A stretch of DNA of 64,000 bases from Barthelona sp. PCE. Lineage: Eukaryota. The notes below the pieces were generated by a model. That model was not told the origin of the DNA. It searched no databases and saw only the letters and a list, made by a program, of their open reading frames with translations. Below are positions 30,092 through 39,492 of this stretch, in pieces (position 1 is the stretch's first letter; every line of letters starts with the position of its first letter). The position numbers and the translations under genes are program-made. The stretch is taken from positions 496,001 through 560,000 of the forward strand of contig JAUFOR010000008.1 in assembly GCA_040285745.1 (NCBI GenBank), given 5' to 3'.

Positions 30092-32032
30092 TTAGTCGAC
30101 ATTTTCAACTGTCTCAATGAGCGTACCACTCTTGGTGGTAATCACGGGCTCGTTCAAGTCAAACTCAAGTATTTCCTGATCAATAATTCCAGGCGTCATC
30201 TTTGGTGATTCAATAACGGCAACAAGAACATCTGCATCAGAGAATGTGGACTTCTCAGAGGCAATATCTTCTTCTTCAGTATCTGAGTCGGTTGAAGAAT
30301 CATTGTTCATCTCACGGTGACGCTTACGGGCAAGTGCACGCATATCAACAACCTTATCGTGTTCATCCACGATCTCGGTACCAAGAATCTCCTCGAGAAT
30401 GTCCTCGAGTGAGACAACACCCTCGAACGTATCGAATTCGTCCATGACAACAAACATGTGCTGTCTCAAGTGGATCATGCGTGCCATAATGCTGATGACG
30501 GGAAGCTGACTTGAGCAACGGATGAGCTTATGCATGAAATGGCCAATCTTCTTGTCGTGACGCTTGCGGCGGACTGCCTCCAAGATCTCATTTCTGTGAA
30601 TCCATCCAACAATGTTGCTTTTGTCTTCCTGCTGGTAGAGGGGGATACGTGAGAAACGCAGAATGCTAGTTTTGGACTCTACAATGTCGCGAATGTACAT
30701 GTCTGCGGAGAGGGAATACACAACAGTACGGGGTGTCATGACTTCGTTGATGCGAACATCACGGAGGCCAATGAGGTTAAGAAGAATGCTGATCTCGTTC
30801 TCGTTGAGGTGGAACCTGTGCGCCTTCTCTGCAAGCTCACGGAGATACTGCGCCTCGCTCTCAGTCACTGCAGCAGATCTCTTGGTGGTCTTAGCGTATA
30901 CGACCTGATCACATTCGTCACAAATAACGGCTTCTTCCATTCGAACGAGGCCGAATTCGCCAAATATATTGACGTAGACAACAACTACGGTGGCCCAAGT
31001 GATGAAGAAGACGAAATCATAAGAATTAATCCACGATGTCTCCTTGAAGTTAGAAAACAGGACAGCGTGAGACAAAAAGTATGCGAGGATTGCCCACAGC
31101 ACTGAAAAAAGTGAGGTGAGCATGGTACGGAAACTCAGACCGAGATGGGCAAACTTCTCCATATTGGTGCTTGTTTTTGCAATAGCGTTGATCACGAAGA
31201 AAACAGCAATGAAGTAGAAAGTGTGCTTCATTGCACCCTCTGCTAAATTACCGCCTGCCATTAACAGACCGAAAGGAGTAAATACCAAGAAGAAAAGAAT
31301 AAAGAAAGATATTAATAGGACGATGATCTTGATCTTTCCCTTTGATGAATTCCTGGTGTTGAGGAGCTCGTCCCAGACTGTGCAAACATGAGACAGAATT
31401 ACTGCAATGCCTGCTAATACTGCAATGTTGGTGTAAGTGGTCAACTCCAGATACTGTCCTTCACATAATTGAGGTACCATGCCTGAAGACATACAGCAGC
31501 CCATCGTGAAGAACAGGAAGAAGCATGCATAACCGAGAATGATCGACCACACAATGGATTTTATCTTACCGCTGTTTGTGTAAGTAAAGAATGATTGGAA
31601 AACAATCAAGCACATGGCGAGAGCAATGTGGGAGATTCCCTTGCGAGATTCAATAACGATTGAATCCATGAGATAGAAATTTCCGACAAAAAGCACAATA
31701 CCAAGAACAATACAAAGTAAAAGCCACCAGAAACCCTTAATTGATGGTTTAGGGGTGCCGTTACAACGCTGGAAGAAGAGAACAACCACAAAGATGTACA
31801 GAATGGCTGGAGAGAAATAATCAGAATAAAATTCCTCTATCATATGGAGACCACCTACAATGATGGAACTAATGATAAAAGTTGCCAGTCCGATGACGAT
31901 CGTGTGAAAGCCACCTGTAATATGCTTCTTATGGTGTTTATCTGAACTTGTATTATAGATTTCTCTTGAAGATTTGAACGTTACAGATGTTTCATTGTCT
32001 GAATCGGAGCCTACCTCGATAATGTGGGTCAT
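30092..32032 (-). CDS. Polytopic membrane protein (~10 TM) with a C-terminal CorB/CNNM-type CBS pair
   Basis: About 10 hydrophobic segments, then VMTPRTVV, FSRIPLY, HMFVVMDEFDTFEGVVSLEDILEEILGTEIVDEHD. Confidence 0.85.
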   Translation of the reverse strand: MTHIIEVGSDSDNETSVTFKSSREIYNTSSDKHHKKHITGGFHTIVIGLATFIISSIIVGGLHMIEEFYSDYFSPAILYIFVVVLFFQRCNGTPKPSIKGFWWLLLCIVLGIVLFVGNFYLMDSIVIESRKGISHIALAMCLIVFQSFFTYTNSGKIKSIVWSIILGYACFFLFFTMGCCMSSGMVPQLCEGQYLELTTYTNIAVLAGIAVILSHVCTVWDELLNTRNSSKGKIKIIVLLISFFILFFLVFTPFGLLMAGGNLAEGAMKHTFYFIAVFFVINAIAKTSTNMEKFAHLGLSFRTMLTSLFSVLWAILAYFLSHAVLFSNFKETSWINSYDFVFFITWATVVVVYVNIFGEFGLVRMEEAVICDECDQVVYAKTTKRSAAVTESEAQYLRELAEKAHRFHLNENEISILLNLIGLRDVRINEVMTPRTVVYSLSADMYIRDIVESKTSILRFSRIPLYQQEDKSNIVGWIHRNEILEAVRRKRHDKKIGHFMHKLIRCSSQLPVISIMARMIHLRQHMFVVMDEFDTFEGVVSLEDILEEILGTEIVDEHDKVVDMRALARKRHREMNNDSSTDSDTEEEDIASEKSTFSDADVLVAVIESPKMTPGIIDQEILEFDLNEPVITTKSGTLIETVENVD

Positions 32033-32220
32033 AAAATGTATGATGAATCGTGGGAATGATGAATAAACTCAAAAACATGGAAAATGATGGAAAATATCTT
32101 AATTCAGGATTTGGCCTTCCTACATCAGACAAACAATATTTTTTAGTGTGATTGTCCATGTGAAACATCCATAAAGCAAACTGGATTTTTTGTTTTGATT
32201 TATTCTTCCCTTTCTTGCAA

Positions 32221-33420
32221 ATGAAGATTGGCTTTCTACACCCTGACTTGGGCATTGGTGGGGCCGAGCGTCTAGTTTGCGATTGTGCGCTAGCATTAAA
32301 AGACGAGGGACACGATGTGACTATCGTCACTGCGCATCACGAGCCGACACATTGTTTCCCAGAAACTGTTGACGGCCGAATTCCCGTCAAGGTATATGGA
32401 GACTGGATGCCTAGACACATTTTAAGACGACTTTATGCATTTTTTGCCTATCTCCGCATGATTTATTGCGCTATAGTTATGTGTATTTTCCACAAATACG
32501 ATTTAATCATCGTTGACCAGGTGTCGATCCCCGTTCCTCTTCTTAAATGGAAATTCAAAAAAGTGATTTTTTATTGCCATTTCCCCGATAAGCTTCTTTG
32601 TACAAACAGATCTTTCATCAAACGCATATATCGCGCGCCGCTTGACTGGTTGGAGGAGAAAACCACTGGAGCTGCTAATGTTATATTGGTCAATTCAGAA
32701 TTTACCCTCCAGACTTTTAAGAAACACTTCCCTTCCATCACAAAGGAGCCCAAGGTCCTATATCCTACCTTCTTTATCGATACCGAAGCTGTACAAACTG
32801 CTGATACTTCTGTTTTAGATGCGGAATTGCTTGAGCCTGACACCCCAATTTTGTTGAGTATCAACCGTTTTGAACGCAAGAAGAATATCATGCTCGCGTT
32901 GGAGGCCTTCAATAGTGTCGCAGATACTTATCCTCGTGCCAAATTAGTTTTAGCTGGTGGTTACGATGTGCGTGTTCATGAAAACGTTGAAGTTCACGCG
33001 GAACTCGTCGAGAAGACAAAGGAATATGATCTGGAGGACCGTGTTTTCTTCTACAAATCATTCTCTAATGAAGCAAAGAACGCATTGCTTAAAACAGCTC
33101 ACATTTTGATTTATACACCCGATAATGAGCATTTCGGTATCGTACCCCTCGAAGCAATGGCTAGTGGTGTCCCTGTGCTTGCAGCCAACACAGGTGGTCC
33201 TCTTGAAACAGTCCACCCCATGAAAACAGGTCTTTTAAGTGATACCGATGTTGAAACATTTAGTAGAAGCCTTGACACCCTCATGAGCATGTTCAGCAAC
33301 GAGAATATATACAAGGAGTTTGCTTTTAGCTGCGTTGAACGAGTTCAAAACTTATTCAGCTTTGAATCTTTCCAGGAACGTCTGGCAACTGAAGTTGATG
33401 AATTGTATTCCCTGGAATAA
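32221..33420 (+). CDS. ALG2: Alpha-1,3/1,6-mannosyltransferase ALG2
   Basis: FLHPDLGIGGAERLV, HCFPET, FYCHFPDKLL, SINRFERKKN, YTPDNEHFGIVPLEAM. Confidence 0.96.
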   Translation: MKIGFLHPDLGIGGAERLVCDCALALKDEGHDVTIVTAHHEPTHCFPETVDGRIPVKVYGDWMPRHILRRLYAFFAYLRMIYCAIVMCIFHKYDLIIVDQVSIPVPLLKWKFKKVIFYCHFPDKLLCTNRSFIKRIYRAPLDWLEEKTTGAANVILVNSEFTLQTFKKHFPSITKEPKVLYPTFFIDTEAVQTADTSVLDAELLEPDTPILLSINRFERKKNIMLALEAFNSVADTYPRAKLVLAGGYDVRVHENVEVHAELVEKTKEYDLEDRVFFYKSFSNEAKNALLKTAHILIYTPDNEHFGIVPLEAMASGVPVLAANTGGPLETVHPMKTGLLSDTDVETFSRSLDTLMSMFSNENIYKEFAFSCVERVQNLFSFESFQERLATEVDELYSLE

Positions 33421-33515
33421 TTGTGCTATACATTTGTATTTGCCGCAAATACTCGCAAACATAATGTAATTTATTTAATCACTCACAAAAAAATAAATAA
33501 ATGAATTGAAAAATC

Positions 33516-33751
33516 AGGTGACATACAGGCGCTAGCCTTCAGACTTTATACTTGAGGTAGTAAACAGCGGAGGGGGACGAAGCGAACCGTCGTGTGTAGT
33601 AGGTGTCCGTAGGACCCGATACGGTTTTTCTTACCTTTTTCAAAAAAAAAAGGTTTTAGGCCACTTCCCGGACGAAACACCCTCTACACGTGGGAAGGCT
33701 CGCCTTCCCACGTGAGCGTTCCCCGACGTCAATAAACCTACTTCAGTATAA
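33516..33751 (-). mobile_element. 236-bp repeat element, left copy (Helentron/HINE-like non-autonomous element, or left arm of a long inverted repeat)
   Basis: Reverse complement of 36303-36538 with one mismatch (33592/36462); imperfect internal inverted repeats at 33546-33560 and 33738-33751; GC-rich within AT-rich flanks. The repeat itself is certain; the class is inferred. Confidence 0.75.
33687..33714. repeat. Perfect hairpin/palindrome CACGTGGGAAGGC-TC-GCCTTCCCACGTG (13-bp arms)
   Basis: Arms are exact reverse complements; also present in the right copy at 36340-36367. Confidence 0.95.
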
Positions 33752-33792
33752 GTTATGATTTTCATTTTTATACCCATTTCAAAGAGTTTTTA

Positions 33793-35904
33793 ATGCCAAG
33801 AATCAGAACTTTTGAGAGTAACATGCCTATATCTGGATTATCAGGCAATTTACAATTCTTTAACGCTGCAAGTACAGATGTTAAGGTTCACAACGATGGT
33901 TTTCACGTAATCGATACCAACTGCAGGCCTATAACTGTTGTTGAAGATGCTTGCTATGCCTGCATCAACTCCAAACCCGCTTTTAAAAATCCTTTCTTCA
34001 GATTTGCCTGCAACGATGTGGAAGGTTTTTACAGCATAAAAGTTGACGAAAACGTCGATAAACTGGGGTTCAATGTATATTTTATGGATTCTCCGACACT
34101 ATCAGATGAAAATGAACCAATAAGAGTTGTCTATCCGTTTGTGGATAAAGGAATCGTAGTTGACCACAATTCGATTCTTTTCTATGATAGAGAACATTGT
34201 ATCATTTCCATTAAAAATCTATATCATGATGTACCTTTACATAGTATGCTTGTCCTCAATATTAACACAGGAGCACATAAAACTATGCTTAATGGGTATG
34301 TATTCTCCCGTATAACCACGCCCTTCATCAGGCAACTGATTCTAACCAAGCATGAGATAGAACCTACGAATTCTGACTATTCCTTTTGGGATTTCCATCC
34401 TTCAATATTACACGGCGAAACAGATGGCAGCGAATATCTAGTGCACTATGGAGGTGATTGGCCGTGTTGGATATCAAAAAATTCCATTGATATAATTAAC
34501 ACTACTGCATTCTTTTTCTCCGTTTTCTCTGGTGGTCGTCATCATGCTTACATATGGCAAGTCGGTGGTGCCCTTATCGATATCTCATCTCTGCTTACAT
34601 TTGAATTAATGAAGTACACAAGATACTTTGAACCAACATACGCTATTCTCCAATCGCTTTCTGAAAAATCAATAGATATCCTTCTCAGCAATGGCACAAC
34701 GACGTTCCATATCATTGCAGGCGAGCATGATTGTATATATAGCTGTGATTTTCAAATTGAAAAATGCTATTGTGAACGAATAGCATTTTCTCCAAATTTC
34801 AATGCACCTCTGCCAAAGCTTTTTGGTGTACCATTGAATCAGGCATGCTTTGGAGAAGTTATTGTCCGTGATAGAAAAGACTTGTTAATGAAGGTTGCTT
34901 CTTTGAAATCTGCTTCCATAGTTTTCCCTAATGTAATATGTTCTGAATCCATGCAGCGTGACTGTAGAGTTTTCTTCCTGTTGGATAGAAACCTAATTGT
35001 GATGCAGTTCTTTTCAGATCCATATTTAAGTGGTTTTGATGGATGCATCGGTGAATTCGATTTTAGTGTCAATCAAGACTCAATAATTTCTATTGGACTT
35101 GTCGAAAACACAGAGGAAGTGGACGATGAGTTCTTGCAGTTACAATACTTCCTTGATAACAGAGATAAAGGTGTTTTTCAACAAAAAAGCTTTAAAATGA
35201 GTAATATCGAGTATCTGGGGTCAAGTGGCGAACACTTCCTAGGTATTTCTCGTAACGGACGTCGTTTTTCGTTGTCTATTGATGGAATAGAGATTTATAC
35301 AGGTACAATGTTCCGTAATTCATGTTTTACCAAAAATTTCTTAGCAATTGGAACGACGGAAGAAGTCATCTGCCTTAATCTCTCGTATGAATCAAACTCT
35401 ATAAACGTAGTATCTGAGGTTACACTTCCGCATTTGAATCAAACAGTTATCGCACCAGCTCCACTATCTGATCATGCAAATTTGCAAGTGGTTGTGGGTA
35501 AGGACTGGGATTCTCGTTCCACTTATGTGTATATTATTGATTGGTTAGGAAAGAGACACAGTCAAAAAGTAATATTACCTGATTTCTCTCATTTTATTGA
35601 TGGATCTCACTTAATGTCACCACAAGGTATATTCCGTATTGGATATGATGACATTCACGATAAGCCGACACTCCAATCCCTTGGTCATCTATTCAATAAG
35701 ATTTTAACTGAATCTAAACAGACTGTTAAATATGATCCATATGATAAGTCTTTTACCATTAAATCATACGATTTCAAGGATTTATCTATTGACCCGGTTG
35801 AAAGCATACAAAGAGTTAGCATTGCTGCTTTTGTTTCTCAAGCAACAATACAAAAAATCTATATGCCTGATTACGAAATTTACAACAATACATACAATAA
35901 ATAA
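33793..35904 (+). CDS. Orphan beta-rich hypothetical protein (703 aa), probable member of a lineage-specific family
   Basis: Long intact ORF with no signal peptide, TM or recognisable motif; C-terminal half loosely parallels 36666-37595. Confidence 0.8.
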   Translation: MPRIRTFESNMPISGLSGNLQFFNAASTDVKVHNDGFHVIDTNCRPITVVEDACYACINSKPAFKNPFFRFACNDVEGFYSIKVDENVDKLGFNVYFMDSPTLSDENEPIRVVYPFVDKGIVVDHNSILFYDREHCIISIKNLYHDVPLHSMLVLNINTGAHKTMLNGYVFSRITTPFIRQLILTKHEIEPTNSDYSFWDFHPSILHGETDGSEYLVHYGGDWPCWISKNSIDIINTTAFFFSVFSGGRHHAYIWQVGGALIDISSLLTFELMKYTRYFEPTYAILQSLSEKSIDILLSNGTTTFHIIAGEHDCIYSCDFQIEKCYCERIAFSPNFNAPLPKLFGVPLNQACFGEVIVRDRKDLLMKVASLKSASIVFPNVICSESMQRDCRVFFLLDRNLIVMQFFSDPYLSGFDGCIGEFDFSVNQDSIISIGLVENTEEVDDEFLQLQYFLDNRDKGVFQQKSFKMSNIEYLGSSGEHFLGISRNGRRFSLSIDGIEIYTGTMFRNSCFTKNFLAIGTTEEVICLNLSYESNSINVVSEVTLPHLNQTVIAPAPLSDHANLQVVVGKDWDSRSTYVYIIDWLGKRHSQKVILPDFSHFIDGSHLMSPQGIFRIGYDDIHDKPTLQSLGHLFNKILTESKQTVKYDPYDKSFTIKSYDFKDLSIDPVESIQRVSIAAFVSQATIQKIYMPDYEIYNNTYNK

Positions 35905-36302
35905 TATCATCTCCTTATTATCGTGTTTTGAATGGTTCATTGAGAGATGATAAGAAAAGAAGGAGCGATTTTTCCTCACCTTTACCTTTTCACTGGATTT
36001 ATATCTCACTTTGTACATCAATTGATCCATAATGAAGCTTTTTTCTCTAACAATAATCCATAAAATATTCAAAATAAATTCGTAAAATAAATACATTTTT
36101 TACTACTAAAAAGATTAAGTTTCTCTGCAACTATTCCAATTCTGAGGTTGATCCTAATGTTTTTTGATTGCTCTAATAAAAATTTTCTTGACGTTAACAC
36201 ATATTACGGTCGTTTTTATTGACTTTCTGTTTATGAATGTTTAGAGTGGTGACAGGAGAAGTGAATAGCAAAAGAATAGAGTATGTTGAGAACTTGAAAA
36301 AT

Positions 36303-36538
36303 TTATACTGAAGTAGGTTTATTGACGTCGGGGAACGCTCACGTGGGAAGGCGAGCCTTCCCACGTGTAGAGGGTGTTTCGTCCGGGAAGTGGCCTAAAA
36401 CCTTTTTTTTTTGAAAAAGGTAAGAAAAACCGTATCGGGTCCTACGGACACCTACTACACATGACGGTTCGCTTCGTCCCCCTCCGCTGTTTACTACCTC
36501 AAGTATAAAGTCTGAAGGCTAGCGCCTGTATGTCACCT
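36303..36538 (+). mobile_element. 236-bp repeat element, right copy
   Basis: 5' TTATACTGAAGTAG (36303-36316), subterminal CTACCTCAAGTATAA (36494-36508), short hairpin AGGC-TAGC-GCCT (36516-36527), then a T run; no target-site duplication seen. Confidence 0.75.
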
Positions 36539-36665
36539 TTTTTACTTTAAAGGAACTTATAAGATTTATTGTGGTGTATTTTATGACAAATGTTAAGTGA
36601 AGGAGGAAGAAAAATCATAATAGAAAATATTCCATTTACACAAAAATTGAAGGTATGTTACCGTC

Positions 36666-38545
36666 TTACCAAACATCATAGGTCGAGAACACAGTCATTT
36701 CACATTGGTCTAAGATATGTGGAATAGAAACAATACGTTCTTCAATGTCATAGTTAGCAAAATTGTTGCTGAAACTGAAGACATTCATCCGTATTTGAAA
36801 ATCATCCATAGCGTCCTCAATAACTGCAAGAACACCACTACATGGTGTTATGAGCCGATATCCTTCATGGATTCTAATATCAGGTACACTGATTGATCGT
36901 ATTTTATCTGAAGCATCAACGAACAATACATCTTGGTTATTTATGAATGCACCAGGCGCAAAGAACATCGGTTTGACATAATTAAACAATGGAACATCGA
37001 AAACAGAAAATATTCCATCACCTTTGTACCTAATAAACATAAACTTCCTGCTCAATTTGACGATAACCTCAGATGGATCATAGGGGTTGGCAATACAAAC
37101 TTTAATGAAGCTTTCACAGTCATGAGAGACTTGTTCAGAAAGAACACCATTGTTGAATTGTAAAAAAAAAATTCTCTTTCTTTCATAGTACCAAATAACC
37201 TCACCAATAAGGTGAAAGCAATGTTTGCTCTGTATTTCTGCAATAATTTTGTCCTTCACAAACAACACAACTTTCCCAAAAGATTTGCGTGGAACAACAA
37301 CGAGTTCATTACTGAATTGAGGAGATTCACACTTACGCTCATCCACGACAGAAGGAAAGTTGGCCACCTCTTTGTTTCCGATATAGGCATGATACATATC
37401 GGAGGATCCCGTTACAACACAAATCTGCCATTGTGAAATATCCAGGTTAAAAAAACTGCTTACGTACATAATTCGGTGGCTTATGAATTCTTTCATCGGA
37501 GACAACAGCGTAAATCGATGGTTATAAACGTCCCATAACAGTCTATTGCTGACAATCTTTGATATATCAATATATGGATCTTGATAGTATATCATCTTGC
37601 TGCAGCAGCTGTGAACTGCGAATCTCCCAATGTTTCACACTTTATAATCGGGTTAAACTGTGTTGTGCATTCATGTGGATTGTAAACGGTACTATATACA
37701 GTATCTCCAAGCGTAACAAAATCCCATAAAGCACAGCAAACACGGTCCGCGTGAAGCACATCGCCTACAGCGGGGTCCCGTATAACCAATCCCTCATATC
37801 TGATGAAAGCATTCAAGTGAGGCCAAATAATTCTCATGAAATTTTTGATGACATTAGGTAATTCGTAATTTATCGGAACAAGAACAGAATATCCATCAAC
37901 TATCGAGTAATTAAAGTACTCTTCGTTATTTCTATGAAGAAAATGGCAATCGCCTGGAGTGATATCAATTCCATTGTATTTTTTTTTGAAAAGAGGATGT
38001 TGCTCAATTAAAATTGGTTCTTTTTGGCTTGAAAACGAGAGAATGGGACCAATTTCATATGATTTCCGATATAAGTATAAGAAATTATTTTGAAGAAGTA
38101 CACCAACATAATCGTCATACAGTAGCTCCATCTCACACATCTTTTGTGTGCACAAGTCGTGTATAATAAGCATGTTTTCATTAATTTCATTCATCCAAAA
38201 ACAATCATTAAGCAATTTTCCGTCTTTTTTAAGAGATAACTGAGATACATCAAAAAAACCGGTAATAATAAACACAGAGTCATCAAATCTGAGCATTTCT
38301 ATCCTTAATACTTCATCATCTTTGGTTTCACACCTGTAAAATACTAATCCAAATTCCGAAAGACTTAATTGTGATATTGTCGAATCAGGATCTGTTTTCT
38401 CAGCTGCAGGAGGAAAAATGATATTATTTTCTTGCTTGACAACCCCAGTAAAAGTTTCAGAACTAATATTGCTCTGAATAACAATGCTGCATTCGAAAAA
38501 AGTGTAATTAAAATCTTTCCCATGGTTAATGACAGGTCTTGGCAT
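36666..38545 (-). pseudogene. Hypothetical ~626-aa gene split by a 1-nt frameshift near 37633-37635 (pseudogene or sequencing error); probable paralog of 33793-35904
   Basis: ORFs 37592-38545 and 36666-37595 abut; adding one A in TGTGAAACATT joins them as KCENIGRFAVHSCCSKMIYYQDP. Both genes start MPR and end with RVSI/RIVSI…Q. Confidence 0.65.
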
Positions 38546-38968
38546 AAGATATCACCATTTTTCTCCAGACCAATGAAAGAGGTAAGATATGTCAGTATGT
38601 AAGGTTTTTCTTGCAGTAAAGTGAATCAAACCGGTTCATGAGAGCATATTAGGTACTGTTATTCTGGATCTAAACATGTTATAAACATATTACGTAGGAT
38701 ATGGTACCGGCGGAAAGTTGAAATAGTGTTGCTCTTTTCTTCTAATTTTACCCTTTGATTTTCTGAGATACTTCCATAGTTATACTTCCTCACCAACGTA
38801 AAAACAGCAAATACTGGAGAAGCTCGTGATTCATTTTCAACCCATATCAAAGGTGCATCACTCAAATAACTCGTTCAACCCTTCATTTACGAGATTAAAT
38901 ACACACACACATACACAATTTATATTATTCAAGCTAGACACTTTTTTTTCTAACTAACTACACTTAAG

Positions 38969-39454
38969 ATGCCTAAAAATAACAGGGGACCACAAGCTTA
39001 CCAAAATACTCGCAAATACAAGCACAACAAGAACTCAAAAAAGACAAAAAAGATTATGGACAGTCCTAACGTAGGTGTATGTCCTCGATGCAGAGATCAA
39101 ATTCAATGGAGAAAGGATTTCCGTAAATATAAGCCACTCACAAGGCCACGAAGATGTGGAGATTGTCGTATTCCAAAGATTCGTTTTGCTTATCACACAA
39201 TTTGTGAAGAATGTGCTACTGAACGTAATGTATGCGCTAAATGTTTAAAATCAGACCCGAATTTGATTCCCTTCCAACAGGAGGAGGAAGAACAGGTTGA
39301 TCTTTCTCATTTACGTGAACGTGAACGCAGAACTGTACTTCGAAAAATGGAGCAGGCGGAACTCGAAGAAGATGAAACTTTTGATGTTGAAGAGATTCTG
39401 GATGAGATGGATGAGAAAATGGCTATTGATGAGGCAAATAGATTTGGTTTTTAA
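38969..39454 (+). CDS. C9orf85 / DUF2039 Cys-rich basic protein
   Basis: QAYQN…KHNKNSKKT…GVCPRCRDQIQWR…KYKPLT…CxxC…AYHTICxxCA…VCAKC. Confidence 0.88.
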   Translation: MPKNNRGPQAYQNTRKYKHNKNSKKTKKIMDSPNVGVCPRCRDQIQWRKDFRKYKPLTRPRRCGDCRIPKIRFAYHTICEECATERNVCAKCLKSDPNLIPFQQEEEEQVDLSHLRERERRTVLRKMEQAELEEDETFDVEEILDEMDEKMAIDEANRFGF

Positions 39455-39492
39455 TATAATAAAAATAATGATAAAAAAAATCTAATAATTTT

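Noticed and set aside
33553-33562. TGAGGTAGTA, identical to the let-7 5' end
   Set aside because: 10-nt chance match overlapping the subterminal repeat; the rest of let-7 is absent.
33586-33630. GTGTAGTA (U2 branch-pairing motif) and GATACG in the 236-bp element, suggesting U2 snRNA
   Set aside because: No U2 5' stem or GCUAAGAUCA U6-pairing region and no good Sm site; subterminal-repeat anatomy fits a mobile element better.
33670-33680. GGACGAAAC, resembling a hammerhead ribozyme half-core
   Set aside because: No CUGANGA partner at a suitable position.
33793-35904. The enclosed ORF as a transposase, Fanzor/TnpB or recombinase
   Set aside because: No recognisable DDE, RuvC, HUH, helicase or tyrosine-recombinase motifs by eye.
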